Below, piece after piece: positions 9,256 through 19,206 of a stretch of 64,000 bases of DNA. The first letter of the stretch is position 1, and every line of letters begins with the position of its first letter. The notes under the pieces were generated by a model. It was not told where the DNA came from. It saw only the letters and a list, made by a program, of their open reading frames with translations, and made no database searches. This DNA is from Thermoplasmatota archaeon (GTDB taxonomy: Archaea > Thermoplasmatota > Thermoplasmata > Thermoplasmatales > GCA-001856825). The stretch lies in the NCBI GenBank assembly GCA_023381415.1, contig JAMCUN010000009.1, positions 26,616 to 90,615 on the forward strand. Direction: 5' to 3'. A program made the translations under genes and the position numbers.

Positions 9256-10313
9256 TTGCCTATCTCCATTGAACTTAACCTCTTCTGCGTATTTATTTTC
9301 TGTTCTCTTCCAAGCTGAACCCATACAAGGAATAGCATCAGCGGGATCTCAAGCAATGGTCCGATAGCAGTAGTTATGACGACATAAGGGTACACGGCAA
9401 ACGCGGCTATCGCAATAGCAATGCTCACCTCAAAATCCCTGGCAGATACCGTAAATCCAATCGCAGTGGAGTCTGGGTAATTGTGTCTGAGTCTCCTTGA
9501 CGTGAGATAGCCTGTCTGAAAGAGGAGGAAATAGAAGATCAGCATAACGATGCCAACCATCCAGACCAGGGAGGGTGTGTCGATTATTCCAAACCCCTCT
9601 CCCCAGAATATAACCAGGATGGTGAAGAGTAATGCTACGGTCTGTACTGAACCCAGCCTATTTAGCACCCGCGAGAAGTAGTTCTTTTTTTGCAACAATC
9701 TTCTGGTTATTACCCCGGCGATCAATGGCAGTGCAAGGTACAAGATCACGCTCTCAAGGATCAATTCGGGTTTCACAATCACCGATGTACGTGCAAGAAG
9801 GTAAACTAGGAAAGGCGTTGTTATGACCTGGATAATGGAGTTCCACGCAACGAATGACACCCCAAGGGGAAGATTTCCATGGGCAAGATCTGTCCAGACC
9901 ATTACCATCGCAATGCACGGAGCAACTCCAAGCAGTATGATCCCCACCAGCATCTGAGATGCGACATTAGGTCCTATTAGATTCAGTGGCCAGTAGACTT
10001 CATATATGAAAAAGTAAGCTATTCCTGCAACCAGGAATGGAGCTATTGCGTAGTTGAGTAGCACCATCAGCCCTACAGTTTTGAAATTCCTGAGGCTCTT
10101 TCCCAGTTCATTCAGCCGGACCTTCGTCATGGCCGGATATATCATGAAGAAAAGACCTATTGGGATGCCGTAAGTTGCAACATCTGAGGTCCCAGCCTTA
10201 ACCTTGAATCCCAGGACTAGGCCTGCGATAATCGCTATTACGACAAAGACCGGAAACAGGATTGTCCTGATACCAATTTTCCGACTGATGCCCGCTTCCG
10301 TCATTGTTATCAA
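9252..10313 (-). CDS. acr3: Acr3 arsenite efflux permease
   Basis: GLFFMIYPAMTKV, LNY.IAPFL, APCIAMVMVW, RDFEVSIAIAIA, GPLLEIP; the start may be 10304. Confidence 0.93.
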   Translation of the reverse strand: MITMTEAGISRKIGIRTILFPVFVVIAIIAGLVLGFKVKAGTSDVATYGIPIGLFFMIYPAMTKVRLNELGKSLRNFKTVGLMVLLNYAIAPFLVAGIAYFFIYEVYWPLNLIGPNVASQMLVGIILLGVAPCIAMVMVWTDLAHGNLPLGVSFVAWNSIIQVITTPFLVYLLARTSVIVKPELILESVILYLALPLIAGVITRRLLQKKNYFSRVLNRLGSVQTVALLFTILVIFWGEGFGIIDTPSLVWMVGIVMLIFYFLLFQTGYLTSRRLRHNYPDSTAIGFTVSARDFEVSIAIAIAAFAVYPYVVITTAIGPLLEIPLMLFLVWVQLGREQKINTQKRLSSMEIGK

Positions 10314-10819
10314 CTTGATTTGATCAAGTTTATGAATGCTGCCGTAAATTCACCCGGGTAAAAGCGCGTTTTTGCTGTGATAATAGTTTCTGATGATCTC
10401 ACCACTTCTGATTTTACTGATATTGCTCCAGAATTCTCAATCTCCCTTCCTATGGGGTTGCGCACCATAATTCTTTCCCCATCCAACAGTCCGGCTATCG
10501 CCATGATGAGACTGGAGATGCGAAAATTTGCAAATAAAGTCCTATCATAGAACATCTTCCTTACGACACCAGCTGTTTCTTGATTCCAGAGCGAGTTTTC
10601 TTTTGACCCTAGCCCTAGCAAGATAGCTGGATCGCACTCCACTTTGGGACATGACTGGCGTCTTGAAGGTGTTATCCGATCAATTCCAGGTCTGCACTCG
10701 GGCGGCCTTTCTTCACATCCAGGCACATCCAAATCTGTCTCCCCATCCCGCACTCTGCAATATTTAACATGGGGTTCAAAGTAATGGCCATCATCCCGCA
10801 TTGTACCTGTATCTTTCAT
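10310..10819 (-). CDS. highly diverged DJ-1/PfpI-like protein lacking the catalytic Cys (possibly decaying)
   Basis: AGLLDG.R, EIENSGA, EVVR..TIITAK and PGEF..AFINLI follow the PfpI C-terminal pattern; the AICHG elbow reads ANFRIS; stop overlaps the acr3 TTG. Confidence 0.5.
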   Translation of the reverse strand: MKDTGTMRDDGHYFEPHVKYCRVRDGETDLDVPGCEERPPECRPGIDRITPSRRQSCPKVECDPAILLGLGSKENSLWNQETAGVVRKMFYDRTLFANFRISSLIMAIAGLLDGERIMVRNPIGREIENSGAISVKSEVVRSSETIITAKTRFYPGEFTAAFINLIKSS

Positions 10820-10833
10820 CGGTCGAAATTATA

Positions 10834-10858
10834 ACGTCATATTAAAAAATTATGATAT
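10834..10858. promoter_or_regulatory. putative operator/promoter of the ars operon
   Basis: Minus strand reads ATATCATA-ATTTTTTAA-TATGACGT; the half-sites match the 8646-8662 palindrome. Confidence 0.45.
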
Positions 10859-10976
10859 GATAATTAAGAATTAATCCCTTGGAGGGCAACGCCTAACACC
10901 CTTGAAGTTCATCTTCGTCCCCTGCCTTTAGCCCCTTTTTGTAATTAAATGGCAGCACCAGCCCCTGTCCCGTCCT

Positions 10977-12842
10977 TCACATTTGAGCTACTGGAGATAC
11001 AGAGTCACCTTTTTCTTCCTTCAATTTCTTGAGCCTTCCTATTTCCTCATCCAGTTCTCGAAATACTTCGGCCGGTGTTGTCCTTATCCCCTTATAGATT
11101 TCCTTTATCCTTACATCCTTTTCAATTAGTTTTGCAACCCTTATTCTGAACTGCTCCTCGTACTCTTTCACCGTGTAATCCTTGTTCAGGACGCTCTTGA
11201 AAAGCGGTTTTAGGTCTTCATACTTCGGAATGTATCCTATTGGCGTGAGAACAGCTCCTATCTCGCCGTGGATCCTCTTCTCCATCCACTTCAACCACAC
11301 CGCTTTATCTATCTTCTCGTTCAGGAACTTACCATTTTCCTTGAGGAAGTAGTTAACTGCAAAAATCAGTGGCTTATCCTTGAGTTTAGCACCGAAATCC
11401 AGGTAATTTCTCACGTATTTTCCAAGGTCTACTGACATGAATTCCATAATTGACATGGGATTAAAGGTCCTTACACCTGTCTTCCCGAGAGTAGCTGCAG
11501 TTGTCTCCGACTCTATGCTCGCCCCCTTGTTGATCACGCCATGATTCCAGTTCAGGGACTCGCATACAGGTGGCCACGTGTCGCTATCCCTCCCTCCGAA
11601 TATCATACCTCCAACCACAACCCCCTCTTTTGCCTCGAGGGCTTCCCTGTCCAGTCCATCGAAAGAGTCCAGGCTTATAGTGAAGCGTGCGTTCTTGTGA
11701 GAAGGAGTTATTTCATTTCCCTCTGCATCCTTGTTCCCCCTCTTCCAGATCCCGCTGTGGTTCTCCCCAGAGTCCGGGATATCAACGCCCATCCCATTCC
11801 AGAATGGTTCTCCATTGTGAACAAGAACGTTTGAGAATATGACTTCTCTATCGCTGTATATTGCATTCCATAGCTTCGCATCATCGTCCTCGTTCACTCC
11901 GTCAATTATTCCAAACACACCATTCTCTACATTGATTGCACGTGCCTTCCCTCTGTCTTCCTTTATGAAGACTAGGTCATCGCCCACTATCTTCTCTGAC
12001 GGTATCATGCTCGTTGAGGTCTTGCCGCAGGCCGAGGGGAATGCACCCGTGAGGTACGTTATCCTGCCGCCTGATCCATTCACTCCCATCAGAAACATGT
12101 GCTCTGAGAGCCACCCTTCCTTCAGCGCCCTGTTAATCGTAATCCTGAACGCAAGCTTCTTTGGACCGACAGTGTTTCCGGCATATTGGGTGTTAACAGA
12201 AAGGCTCCTGTTGCCATCAAGGTCGAAATATATCCTCCTGTTCTTCAGGTTCTTGCTTACCTTCCTCGTATCTACTTCTCCCTGGCTGTGAACAAACCTC
12301 AGGAAATCTGCGCCTGGGTTTCTCACGAAGTAGTCAAAGTCAGTCCTGTACAGCATCATGTCGCTGTGCATGACGTAATAGGAGTCCGTGATCTGCACAC
12401 CTTTCATAGAGAAAGGTGAATCCTTCGGCCCTAGGGAAAAGAATCCTATGATCATCGTCCTTCCTCTCATGATGCCTTTCATCAATCCTTCTACTTCCGC
12501 TATTCCAGCAGACCTCTCCATTGTGTTTATGAAAGGAAGGTTCTCTCCGTTGGGTGTAAGGATCTTGGTGTTCTCCTTGTCCCTTGCCTGATCGTAGTAG
12601 TTGTCAAAGTGGTATGTGTGCATTTTCACCGCGAGCTGCCTCTCCTCCCCTTCTTCCAGCGATTTCCTTCTTATGTATTCATAATCCTCCCTTGAGTCTG
12701 TTACCAGAAAAATGGAGGATGGCTCCATAAGGTCGATATAATGGGAAATGAATTCCAAAATTTTCTGGTTCTGCAGTAGGTCAATTTTTTTAATCTCGGA
12801 GGATGGAAATAGTTCGCGCTTCGAGATGATAGAACTTTTCAT
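10977..12842 (-). CDS. pckG: GTP-dependent phosphoenolpyruvate carboxykinase
   Basis: GWLSEHM, AFPSACGKT, VGDD, ENG.FG, H.NARF, FGGR; start placed at 12842 from TATA spacing (ORF extends to 12857). Confidence 0.95.
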   Translation of the reverse strand: MKSSIISKRELFPSSEIKKIDLLQNQKILEFISHYIDLMEPSSIFLVTDSREDYEYIRRKSLEEGEERQLAVKMHTYHFDNYYDQARDKENTKILTPNGENLPFINTMERSAGIAEVEGLMKGIMRGRTMIIGFFSLGPKDSPFSMKGVQITDSYYVMHSDMMLYRTDFDYFVRNPGADFLRFVHSQGEVDTRKVSKNLKNRRIYFDLDGNRSLSVNTQYAGNTVGPKKLAFRITINRALKEGWLSEHMFLMGVNGSGGRITYLTGAFPSACGKTSTSMIPSEKIVGDDLVFIKEDRGKARAINVENGVFGIIDGVNEDDDAKLWNAIYSDREVIFSNVLVHNGEPFWNGMGVDIPDSGENHSGIWKRGNKDAEGNEITPSHKNARFTISLDSFDGLDREALEAKEGVVVGGMIFGGRDSDTWPPVCESLNWNHGVINKGASIESETTAATLGKTGVRTFNPMSIMEFMSVDLGKYVRNYLDFGAKLKDKPLIFAVNYFLKENGKFLNEKIDKAVWLKWMEKRIHGEIGAVLTPIGYIPKYEDLKPLFKSVLNKDYTVKEYEEQFRIRVAKLIEKDVRIKEIYKGIRTTPAEVFRELDEEIGRLKKLKEEKGDSVSPVAQM

Positions 12843-13089
12843 AATAGTCCCTAACATATATTTTATAAAACTTTATCTATTTTGTTCCAAGATGCTTCTT
12901 TAACAACTAAATCATCAACCTTTGGTCATGGGTATGTTTCTGCCAGCCACCTAGCATCGAATTGCTTCTCTATATCTGTGTAATGGTTCAGGAATTATTT
13001 GATATAACTTACAGCATCAAAGCGGATAAAAATGAAAAAATAGAGGCAAAAACGCTTAATTACTTTTAAAATAAGTACAGTAATTCAAG

Positions 13090-13236
13090 CTACTCTTTCT
13101 TTTCTTCCTTCTTGAAGCCCTTCGAAAGCCCTTTGCCGAACCCCTTAATTATTCCTGCCCCCTTCTGAGCGACCTCGCCTACTACCTCGCCCGTCTTTTC
13201 CGAAATACCTTCCTTCTTTTTTTTATCTTCCTCCAT
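13090..13236 (-). CDS. small Lys/Glu/Gly-rich protein (48 aa, not in ORF track)
   Basis: MEEDKKKKEGISEKTGEVVGEVAQKGAGIIKGFGKGLSKGFKKEEKKE with AGGTGA SD 5 nt upstream of the ATG. Confidence 0.7.
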   Translation of the reverse strand: MEEDKKKKEGISEKTGEVVGEVAQKGAGIIKGFGKGLSKGFKKEEKKE

Positions 13237-13504
13237 GCTAATCACCTGACATTGAAATGCTAAACGCAGTATTTATTGATTTACCATGAACGGCCGACCA
13301 TGACTGCTGATTGAAGTGTTACAACAATCATTTGCGCCCTGGCAAGGAATCAATCTTTCCTCATTGAGTGTCTTGTAGTAAATTGACAATGCTACTCCAA
13401 GAGTTGTTCATTTTTATTCAGTTTTTTGATTGTTAGATGTTTTTCTCAGTACCATTCAAGAATTGCAATAGCAAGGCTCATAATGAATAATCTCATGAAA
13501 GAAT

Positions 13505-13936
13505 ATGTTGGATAGCGACGCTTCTACGGCAAAAACGCTCACCCTTGTTGCAATAATAATCCAGGCAGTATTCTTCGTGATAGGATTATTTGAGACGTTT
13601 GCTCTGGTGCTCTTCTTCGAAAGTGTATCTACCTCCTCATTAACCACTAACCCTGGTGGCCAGCAATTTGTCGCTCTGCCAAACGTGATTTCCGTAATAT
13701 TCTCTGTCGCTCTTGCGATCGGAATTCTGTGGCTCTTGCTTGACTACTTTCTGATATACAAAAGGTTGAACGAGGAAAGAGTAAAGGAGGCTGAGGCACC
13801 TGCCATTGTTCTGGGTATAATACAACTGATATTCGGTGGGCTCATTCCAGGGATACTGCTCATAGTTGCTTGGATAGAGATAAGGGATTCGGTGAACAGG
13901 CAAGGTAATATGAGGGGGAGCGCCCCTCCTATCTGA
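13505..13936 (+). CDS. hypothetical membrane protein (3-4 TM)
   Basis: Hydrophobic segments; 'LGIIQLIFGGLIPGILLIVA'. Confidence 0.7.
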   Translation: MLDSDASTAKTLTLVAIIIQAVFFVIGLFETFALVLFFESVSTSSLTTNPGGQQFVALPNVISVIFSVALAIGILWLLLDYFLIYKRLNEERVKEAEAPAIVLGIIQLIFGGLIPGILLIVAWIEIRDSVNRQGNMRGSAPPI

Positions 13937-13941
13937 GTTAG

Positions 13942-14577
13942 ATGTCAGAAGGAAGCGTCTTTCCGATTCGTCCCCCGTCTCCTCGGGGAAAGTCAAGGTT
14001 AAAGATATTTGCCATTGCCATCGTAGTCATAGTTATAGCATCTGCAGTTGTAGTGGTCGCTTACCCTCCAGTTGCTCATTATCTTACATCTTCACGACCT
14101 CTTACTCCCGTATTCGCTTTCCTTCCATCGTCGGTTCTCAACTCCACTTATGAAGCGGGTTTCACGGCGTATAATCATTCCGAGAACTTATCCACATCTT
14201 CCATTTATTCGACTGGAAACATAGTGAAGGGGGAGTTTTGGATCTATAGTGAAGGGAACTCGACGAATACCACTGGTACTGTAGCAATTTTGATTCTCCG
14301 TATGAACTCCACGTCTGCTGCCTCACTTTTCGTAAGTAACTTCATTAAGGGAGTGGAGAGTTCACCTAAGCTCTTCTTAAATGTAACGATGACAAACGGC
14401 ACGTTTGACAATTTCCTCTATTCCACATACACCGCTTCAGACAGCAATGCGACTCTGGCTCAGGTATTTATCGCACACGACGGGGAGTTCGTCCTCCTGA
14501 TGGAATTCCTCAACCTTGTAGTTTTAGCGAAGGACTTGGCTGCCTTCCATGACCAAGTGAAACTCATGTTCCACTGA
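13942..14577 (+). CDS. membrane-anchored surface (glyco)protein
   Basis: Basic N-terminus, one TM, Ser/Thr-rich domain with many N-x-S/T sequons. Confidence 0.7.
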   Translation: MSEGSVFPIRPPSPRGKSRLKIFAIAIVVIVIASAVVVVAYPPVAHYLTSSRPLTPVFAFLPSSVLNSTYEAGFTAYNHSENLSTSSIYSTGNIVKGEFWIYSEGNSTNTTGTVAILILRMNSTSAASLFVSNFIKGVESSPKLFLNVTMTNGTFDNFLYSTYTASDSNATLAQVFIAHDGEFVLLMEFLNLVVLAKDLAAFHDQVKLMFH

Positions 14578-14868
14578 GAAACAGATACCCACTCCAATGA
14601 TCATCTTATCTCACGATCAAATGACATTGTATCTTCCCCAGAAAATGTTGGGAAAGATTGCCATTGTTTCAAGACATCTCCCATGCGTTTGGATAAGGTG
14701 AATTTCAACACAATCTTAGACAGCGCCCAAGGAAATCAGTTAGAATTCATGTGTTAGACCTTTGACGGTTGCATTTACTCAAATACAGTTGTCATCCCTT
14801 ATATCTCTTTACGTCATAGTCTGGAAAATTGGGCTGATTGAATTTGACAGATTGTACAAATTACGCTA

Positions 14869-14953
14869 TGCGGAGGGAGGGATTTGAACCCTCGGATCCC
14901 TACGGAGCCAGACCCTCAATCTGGCACCTTTGACCTAGCTCGGCAACCTCCGC
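14869..14953 (-). tRNA. tRNA-Leu(GAG)
   Basis: GCGGAGG acceptor stem, CCAGA-TTGAGGG-TCTGG anticodon arm, long variable arm, GTTCAAATC T loop; no encoded CCA. Confidence 0.95.
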
Positions 14954-15048
14954 TGTCGAGAAAAGTCATTCATTTTATTTATTCTTTGGTACACTCAGCC
15001 AAGTTCTGAAGATGAAATCCCCTTACCATTATTAAAGGAGGAGCTTAT

Positions 15049-15939
15049 TCACCAGCTTTGACCTGTTATCCTTTCGTACAACTTCTTGTATAATAAGGAT
15101 GTCTCCTGCAGTATATCGCTTGGAAGAGGAGGTATCGGCGGCTCTTCCAGATTCCTGCTCCTCGCCTCGCTCAGCTTCTGATAGTACCCCATCTTTCTGT
15201 AATACTGCCTCACAAATTCCTTGCTCCTTTCAACCATTGTTCCATTCTTCTCGTAATCTTCCTTCTCCCAGAACCTGTCTTCGTCTGCCGTGCCGAATGT
15301 GTCTACAAGAACTGGCTGGCGCTCATCATCAAGGGCAAACTCCTTCTTGCCGTCAGCGTGTATGAGACCCCTGGAGAGTGCGGTGCTGTTAATTTCTCTG
15401 TCGACCTTGAATATAGTCTCCCTTATTGCCTCCACATCCTGGTCGCTCAGTCCTCCTATCTCCTTTGCCTCCGAAATATCTAGAAGCCTGTCTGTCTTTT
15501 CGAACTTGGTAGTCATCTCAAATAGTGGGTCCGGAATCTTGTCTCCGTGCTTCGGAGTGCTCCTGAATCCCAGGTCCTGGAATCTTGTCTTCCCTTTCTC
15601 TATTCTGTCCAGCAACGACCCTGCCACGTAATACCTAACTATGAATTCGAGCGGGACAAGGTAGCTCCTCTTGTCTCTAGATGCCTTCCCTTCTATTATC
15701 TCGAACTTTTTGACAATCATCTCCTTCCTGTTCCTGAATTCTAGAAGGTGATTGGGGATCTGGAGGTTTGATGCCCGCTCAAACCAGTAAGCAGATGTCC
15801 TGGCCAGTGATTCCCCTTTGTCTGGAACCAGAGAAGGGATCACCTTATCAAAGACAGAAATTTGATCCGTGAACACAAACAGGAGGGTTTCTCCCATGTC
15901 GTATACCTCTTTCACCTTACCCTTTCTAAGAAGTTTCAC
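15049..15939 (-). CDS. purC: SAICAR synthase
   Basis: GKVKEVY, DQISVFD, PDKG, PLEFIVR.Y.AGS, ADGKKEF, DEDRFW, SKEFVRQY. Confidence 0.95.
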   Translation of the reverse strand: MKLLRKGKVKEVYDMGETLLFVFTDQISVFDKVIPSLVPDKGESLARTSAYWFERASNLQIPNHLLEFRNRKEMIVKKFEIIEGKASRDKRSYLVPLEFIVRYYVAGSLLDRIEKGKTRFQDLGFRSTPKHGDKIPDPLFEMTTKFEKTDRLLDISEAKEIGGLSDQDVEAIRETIFKVDREINSTALSRGLIHADGKKEFALDDERQPVLVDTFGTADEDRFWEKEDYEKNGTMVERSKEFVRQYYRKMGYYQKLSEARSRNLEEPPIPPLPSDILQETSLLYKKLYERITGQSW

Positions 15940-16029
15940 GCCTCATTATCTTGGTATGAACTTTAAGCTTTCGTTTTGTTGCCTGAGACATTTCGAAACT
16001 TATATTTCGAGGGTTGTAATCTATCAGGT

Positions 16030-17037
16030 ATGGCAACTGAGATCAAAGTCAAGTACGGTACGGACTTACTGAAGAAGGGATTTGCCAAGATGACAAAGGG
16101 AGGGGTCATAATGGATGTCACCAATGCGGAACAGGCCAAGATAGCAGAACGCGCAGGGGCAATATCCGTGATGGCACTAGAAAGGGTACCGGCCGACATA
16201 AGGGCGGAGGGAGGAGTTGCAAGGATGGCTGACCCACTCAAGATTAAGGAGATAGTAGATGCGGTCACCATACCAGTGATGGCCAAGGTGAGGATAGGCC
16301 ACCTGGCAGAGGCAAAGGCACTTGAAGAGCTTGGGATAGATATGATAGATGAATCTGAAGTGCTCACCCCCGCAGACCCATTCTTCCACGTGAACAAGAA
16401 GGAAATTTCAATTCCGTTCGTCTGCGGAGCAAGGAACCTGGGGGAGGCAGTGAGGAGGATATGGGAAGGTGCGGCCATGATAAGGACGAAGGGGGAGGCT
16501 GGCACAGGGGATATAATAGAAGCGGTAAGGCACGTGAGGATGGTAAACCAGGGGATTCAGGAAGTTGTTATGGCTGACGAAGATGAGCTGTGGGAAATGG
16601 CAGTCAACATTTCCAAGAGCTATGAGAACCTGATCAGGGAAACTAGAAAGATGCTCTACGGAAGGGATATGATAACGGACGACGACGTCATATTCGGCAC
16701 TTTCACCTACGGAGAGATCAAGTCCGGTATACACGAAGTTCTAAGGGAGGTCAAGAAGGCAAAGAGGCTGCCTGTCGTGAACTTTGCTGCCGGCGGGGTG
16801 GCATCCCCGGCAGATGCTGTCCTTATGATGGAGCATGGCGTCGACGGCGTATTCGTTGGAAGCGGCATATTCAAGAGCCCCAACCCAGACAGGATGGCAT
16901 CTGCCGTGGTTCAGGCAACAGCAGCCTGGGACGATCCATCCATTCTTGTTGAGATGAGCAAGGGACTGTCAGGCATGAAGGGAAGGGACGTCGGGAAGAT
17001 GGAGGACTCGGAGAAGATACAGGGACGAGGCTGGTAA
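16030..17037 (+). CDS. pdxS: pyridoxal 5'-phosphate synthase lyase subunit
   Basis: [45 protein letters not shown]; has an internal insertion of about 40 aa. Confidence 0.97.
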   Translation: MATEIKVKYGTDLLKKGFAKMTKGGVIMDVTNAEQAKIAERAGAISVMALERVPADIRAEGGVARMADPLKIKEIVDAVTIPVMAKVRIGHLAEAKALEELGIDMIDESEVLTPADPFFHVNKKEISIPFVCGARNLGEAVRRIWEGAAMIRTKGEAGTGDIIEAVRHVRMVNQGIQEVVMADEDELWEMAVNISKSYENLIRETRKMLYGRDMITDDDVIFGTFTYGEIKSGIHEVLREVKKAKRLPVVNFAAGGVASPADAVLMMEHGVDGVFVGSGIFKSPNPDRMASAVVQATAAWDDPSILVEMSKGLSGMKGRDVGKMEDSEKIQGRGW

Positions 17038-17047
17038 ACACCATTAG

Positions 17048-17860
17048 ATGAGCTTCCTTACAGTTGTAGGCCACGTAAACGTGGACATAATACTGAAGAT
17101 CAGGCAGATTCCGGCCTTCGGAAGCGAGGAGGTAAAAAGCATCGAGCGCAAGCTCGGTGGAACCGGAGCCAACATTGCGATGTTCGCTGCCTCACTTGGG
17201 ACTCCTGTAGACCTCATATCCAGGGTTTCGAGGAGCTTTCCGGAGGACATGCTATTGAAGCTCAGGAACGACCACGTCAACCTGAAGCTGGAGATGACTG
17301 AAGATGAAGGGCCCTTCTGCTACATTGCAGATGCAGGGAACAACCAGATTGCATACATGTACCAGGGTCCCATGAATTCCGTGGGTAAAGATTATGAGAT
17401 AGAGAGCGAATTCTGCCACTTTGCAACATCGAACCCTGAATGGATACTGAGGTTGATGCGACGTGCAAAGGGCATCAAGGTCTTCGATCCGGGACAGGAG
17501 GTAAAATACAGGTGGAAGCAGGAGAGGATAGTCGAAGCCCTGCGGATGGCCGACCTCGTGATCCTTAACGAAGCCGAATTCAACTACCTCTCCTCTTTCA
17601 CAAGGCTCGACCACGAGAAGACAATAGTCACCCTAGGCGATAGGGGTGCGATATTCAGGGACGAGCTGATCCCCACGGAAAGGGTCGCCAAGGCCTCTAC
17701 ACTGGGAGCAGGTGACATGTTCAGGGGGGCCCTTTATTCTTCGCTGTTCAGGGGAAGGAGCATGAAACAGGCGATTGTGTGCGCCAACAGGATAACCAGT
17801 TTTTACCTGAGGAATGGGGGGGTTGCCCCAAAGCAGCTGGATTGGGACGAAACGTGCTGA
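17048..17860 (+). CDS. PfkB-family sugar/nucleoside kinase
   Basis: GH.NVD, GGTGANIA, DPGQ, NEAE, TLGDRG, TLGAGD.F. Confidence 0.9.
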   Translation: MSFLTVVGHVNVDIILKIRQIPAFGSEEVKSIERKLGGTGANIAMFAASLGTPVDLISRVSRSFPEDMLLKLRNDHVNLKLEMTEDEGPFCYIADAGNNQIAYMYQGPMNSVGKDYEIESEFCHFATSNPEWILRLMRRAKGIKVFDPGQEVKYRWKQERIVEALRMADLVILNEAEFNYLSSFTRLDHEKTIVTLGDRGAIFRDELIPTERVAKASTLGAGDMFRGALYSSLFRGRSMKQAIVCANRITSFYLRNGGVAPKQLDWDETC

Positions 17861-17961
17861 CGGTCCTGGATTGATTTCTCTCCCAATGAAAGAATCTGAA
17901 TATCCTCCAGAAGATTCATACAAACTTCAAAATACAAATAATCGCACGAAATAACCCGAGA

Positions 17962-19206
17962 ATGGAACGGACTCCGGGCAAGGACAGGTGGTTTCTTTCG
18001 TACTTCCCGATGAACACCTCGTCGGGCATCGCCAGTCCGCTCGCACCTCTTTTTATTACCGAACTCCTTGCTGGAGGGGCAATTGAGTATTCGGCCTATG
18101 TCATCGTATCCTCTCTCGCGACGATCATCGGCCTCTTCGTATGGGGGAACCTCTCTGACAGGCTGGGTAAGAGGAGGATGTTCGTGTTCATCGGATTCGT
18201 ATCCCTTGCCCTTACGTCCATAATGTTCTCCCTTTCGTTCAACGTTGAGTATTTCATAGCTGTATCCTTCCTGTCAGGGTTCTTCGGTGCAGCAGTAACC
18301 CCGGTCTCGTCCATACTTATAATGGAGCTTACGGAACGTAAGGACTGGTCCATGAAGATATCGAAATTCTCACAGTACAACAGCTACGGGAATATAGCGG
18401 GAGTGCTCTTCTCTGCCCTCTACACCGGCGCATTCCCGAAGGCATCCATGCTGAGGTACCTCTATCTTGTTACGTTTGTATTCTACGTAGCTTCTGCTGT
18501 GCTCGGATATCTGTTCATCCCAGAAAGTTCGACAAAAATCAACAGGGACGAGGTGCCCCTCAGGACTTTCAGGGTCATAGAGAGGGTCAGGTACCTCCCA
18601 TCTCAACTCATACACTTCAACTTCCACTTCAGGAACCTTGAAAAGGACCTTCAGCTCATACTGATCGGGTTCCTGATAATGATGACAGGGTTTCAGTTAT
18701 TCTTCGTGGAATTCCCTATAATGCTCACCAACGATCTTCACGTTTCCTCTTCAGTCTACTTCCTCATCTTCCTTGGCAACTACCTGTTCGGAGCCATAAC
18801 TTTCGGCTTCTCGGGGCACACGACATTGAAGTACGGAAACAGGAGAGTTGCAACAATGGCAGTGATAGCAAGAATAATCATTTTCCCGTCCACTGTAGCG
18901 CTTGTCGCACTGGTTACCTTCCGTCCACTCCTGTTCGTCGGACTCCTGCTTGTATACTCTGTTCTGGGTGCCCTCTGGGCCTTTATATCTGTTGGCACTG
19001 GAACACTGGTCTCGAATCTCTCCAAGCCGGAGGAACGCGGACGTGTCAGCGGGACGTACAACGCAGTCCAGAGTTTCGGGGCCGTCATCGGGTCAGCATT
19101 CACTGGGATCATAGTATCTAAGTTCGGCTTTTCGGTTGACTATTTCGTCGCTTCCCTGGTGGTCATAGTAGGCCTCCTGATATTTCTCAGGATACGGTCA
19201 AAATGA
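17962..19206 (+). CDS. MFS transporter
   Basis: About 12 TM; motif A WGNLSDRLGKRR; ERGRVSG.YN. Confidence 0.9.
   Translation: MERTPGKDRWFLSYFPMNTSSGIASPLAPLFITELLAGGAIEYSAYVIVSSLATIIGLFVWGNLSDRLGKRRMFVFIGFVSLALTSIMFSLSFNVEYFIAVSFLSGFFGAAVTPVSSILIMELTERKDWSMKISKFSQYNSYGNIAGVLFSALYTGAFPKASMLRYLYLVTFVFYVASAVLGYLFIPESSTKINRDEVPLRTFRVIERVRYLPSQLIHFNFHFRNLEKDLQLILIGFLIMMTGFQLFFVEFPIMLTNDLHVSSSVYFLIFLGNYLFGAITFGFSGHTTLKYGNRRVATMAVIARIIIFPSTVALVALVTFRPLLFVGLLLVYSVLGALWAFISVGTGTLVSNLSKPEERGRVSGTYNAVQSFGAVIGSAFTGIIVSKFGFSVDYFVASLVVIVGLLIFLRIRSK

Noticed and set aside
16540..16740. Insertion of about 40 aa in PdxS as a possible intein
   Set aside because: Too short, no intein terminal residues; longer PdxS is known from Thermoplasma
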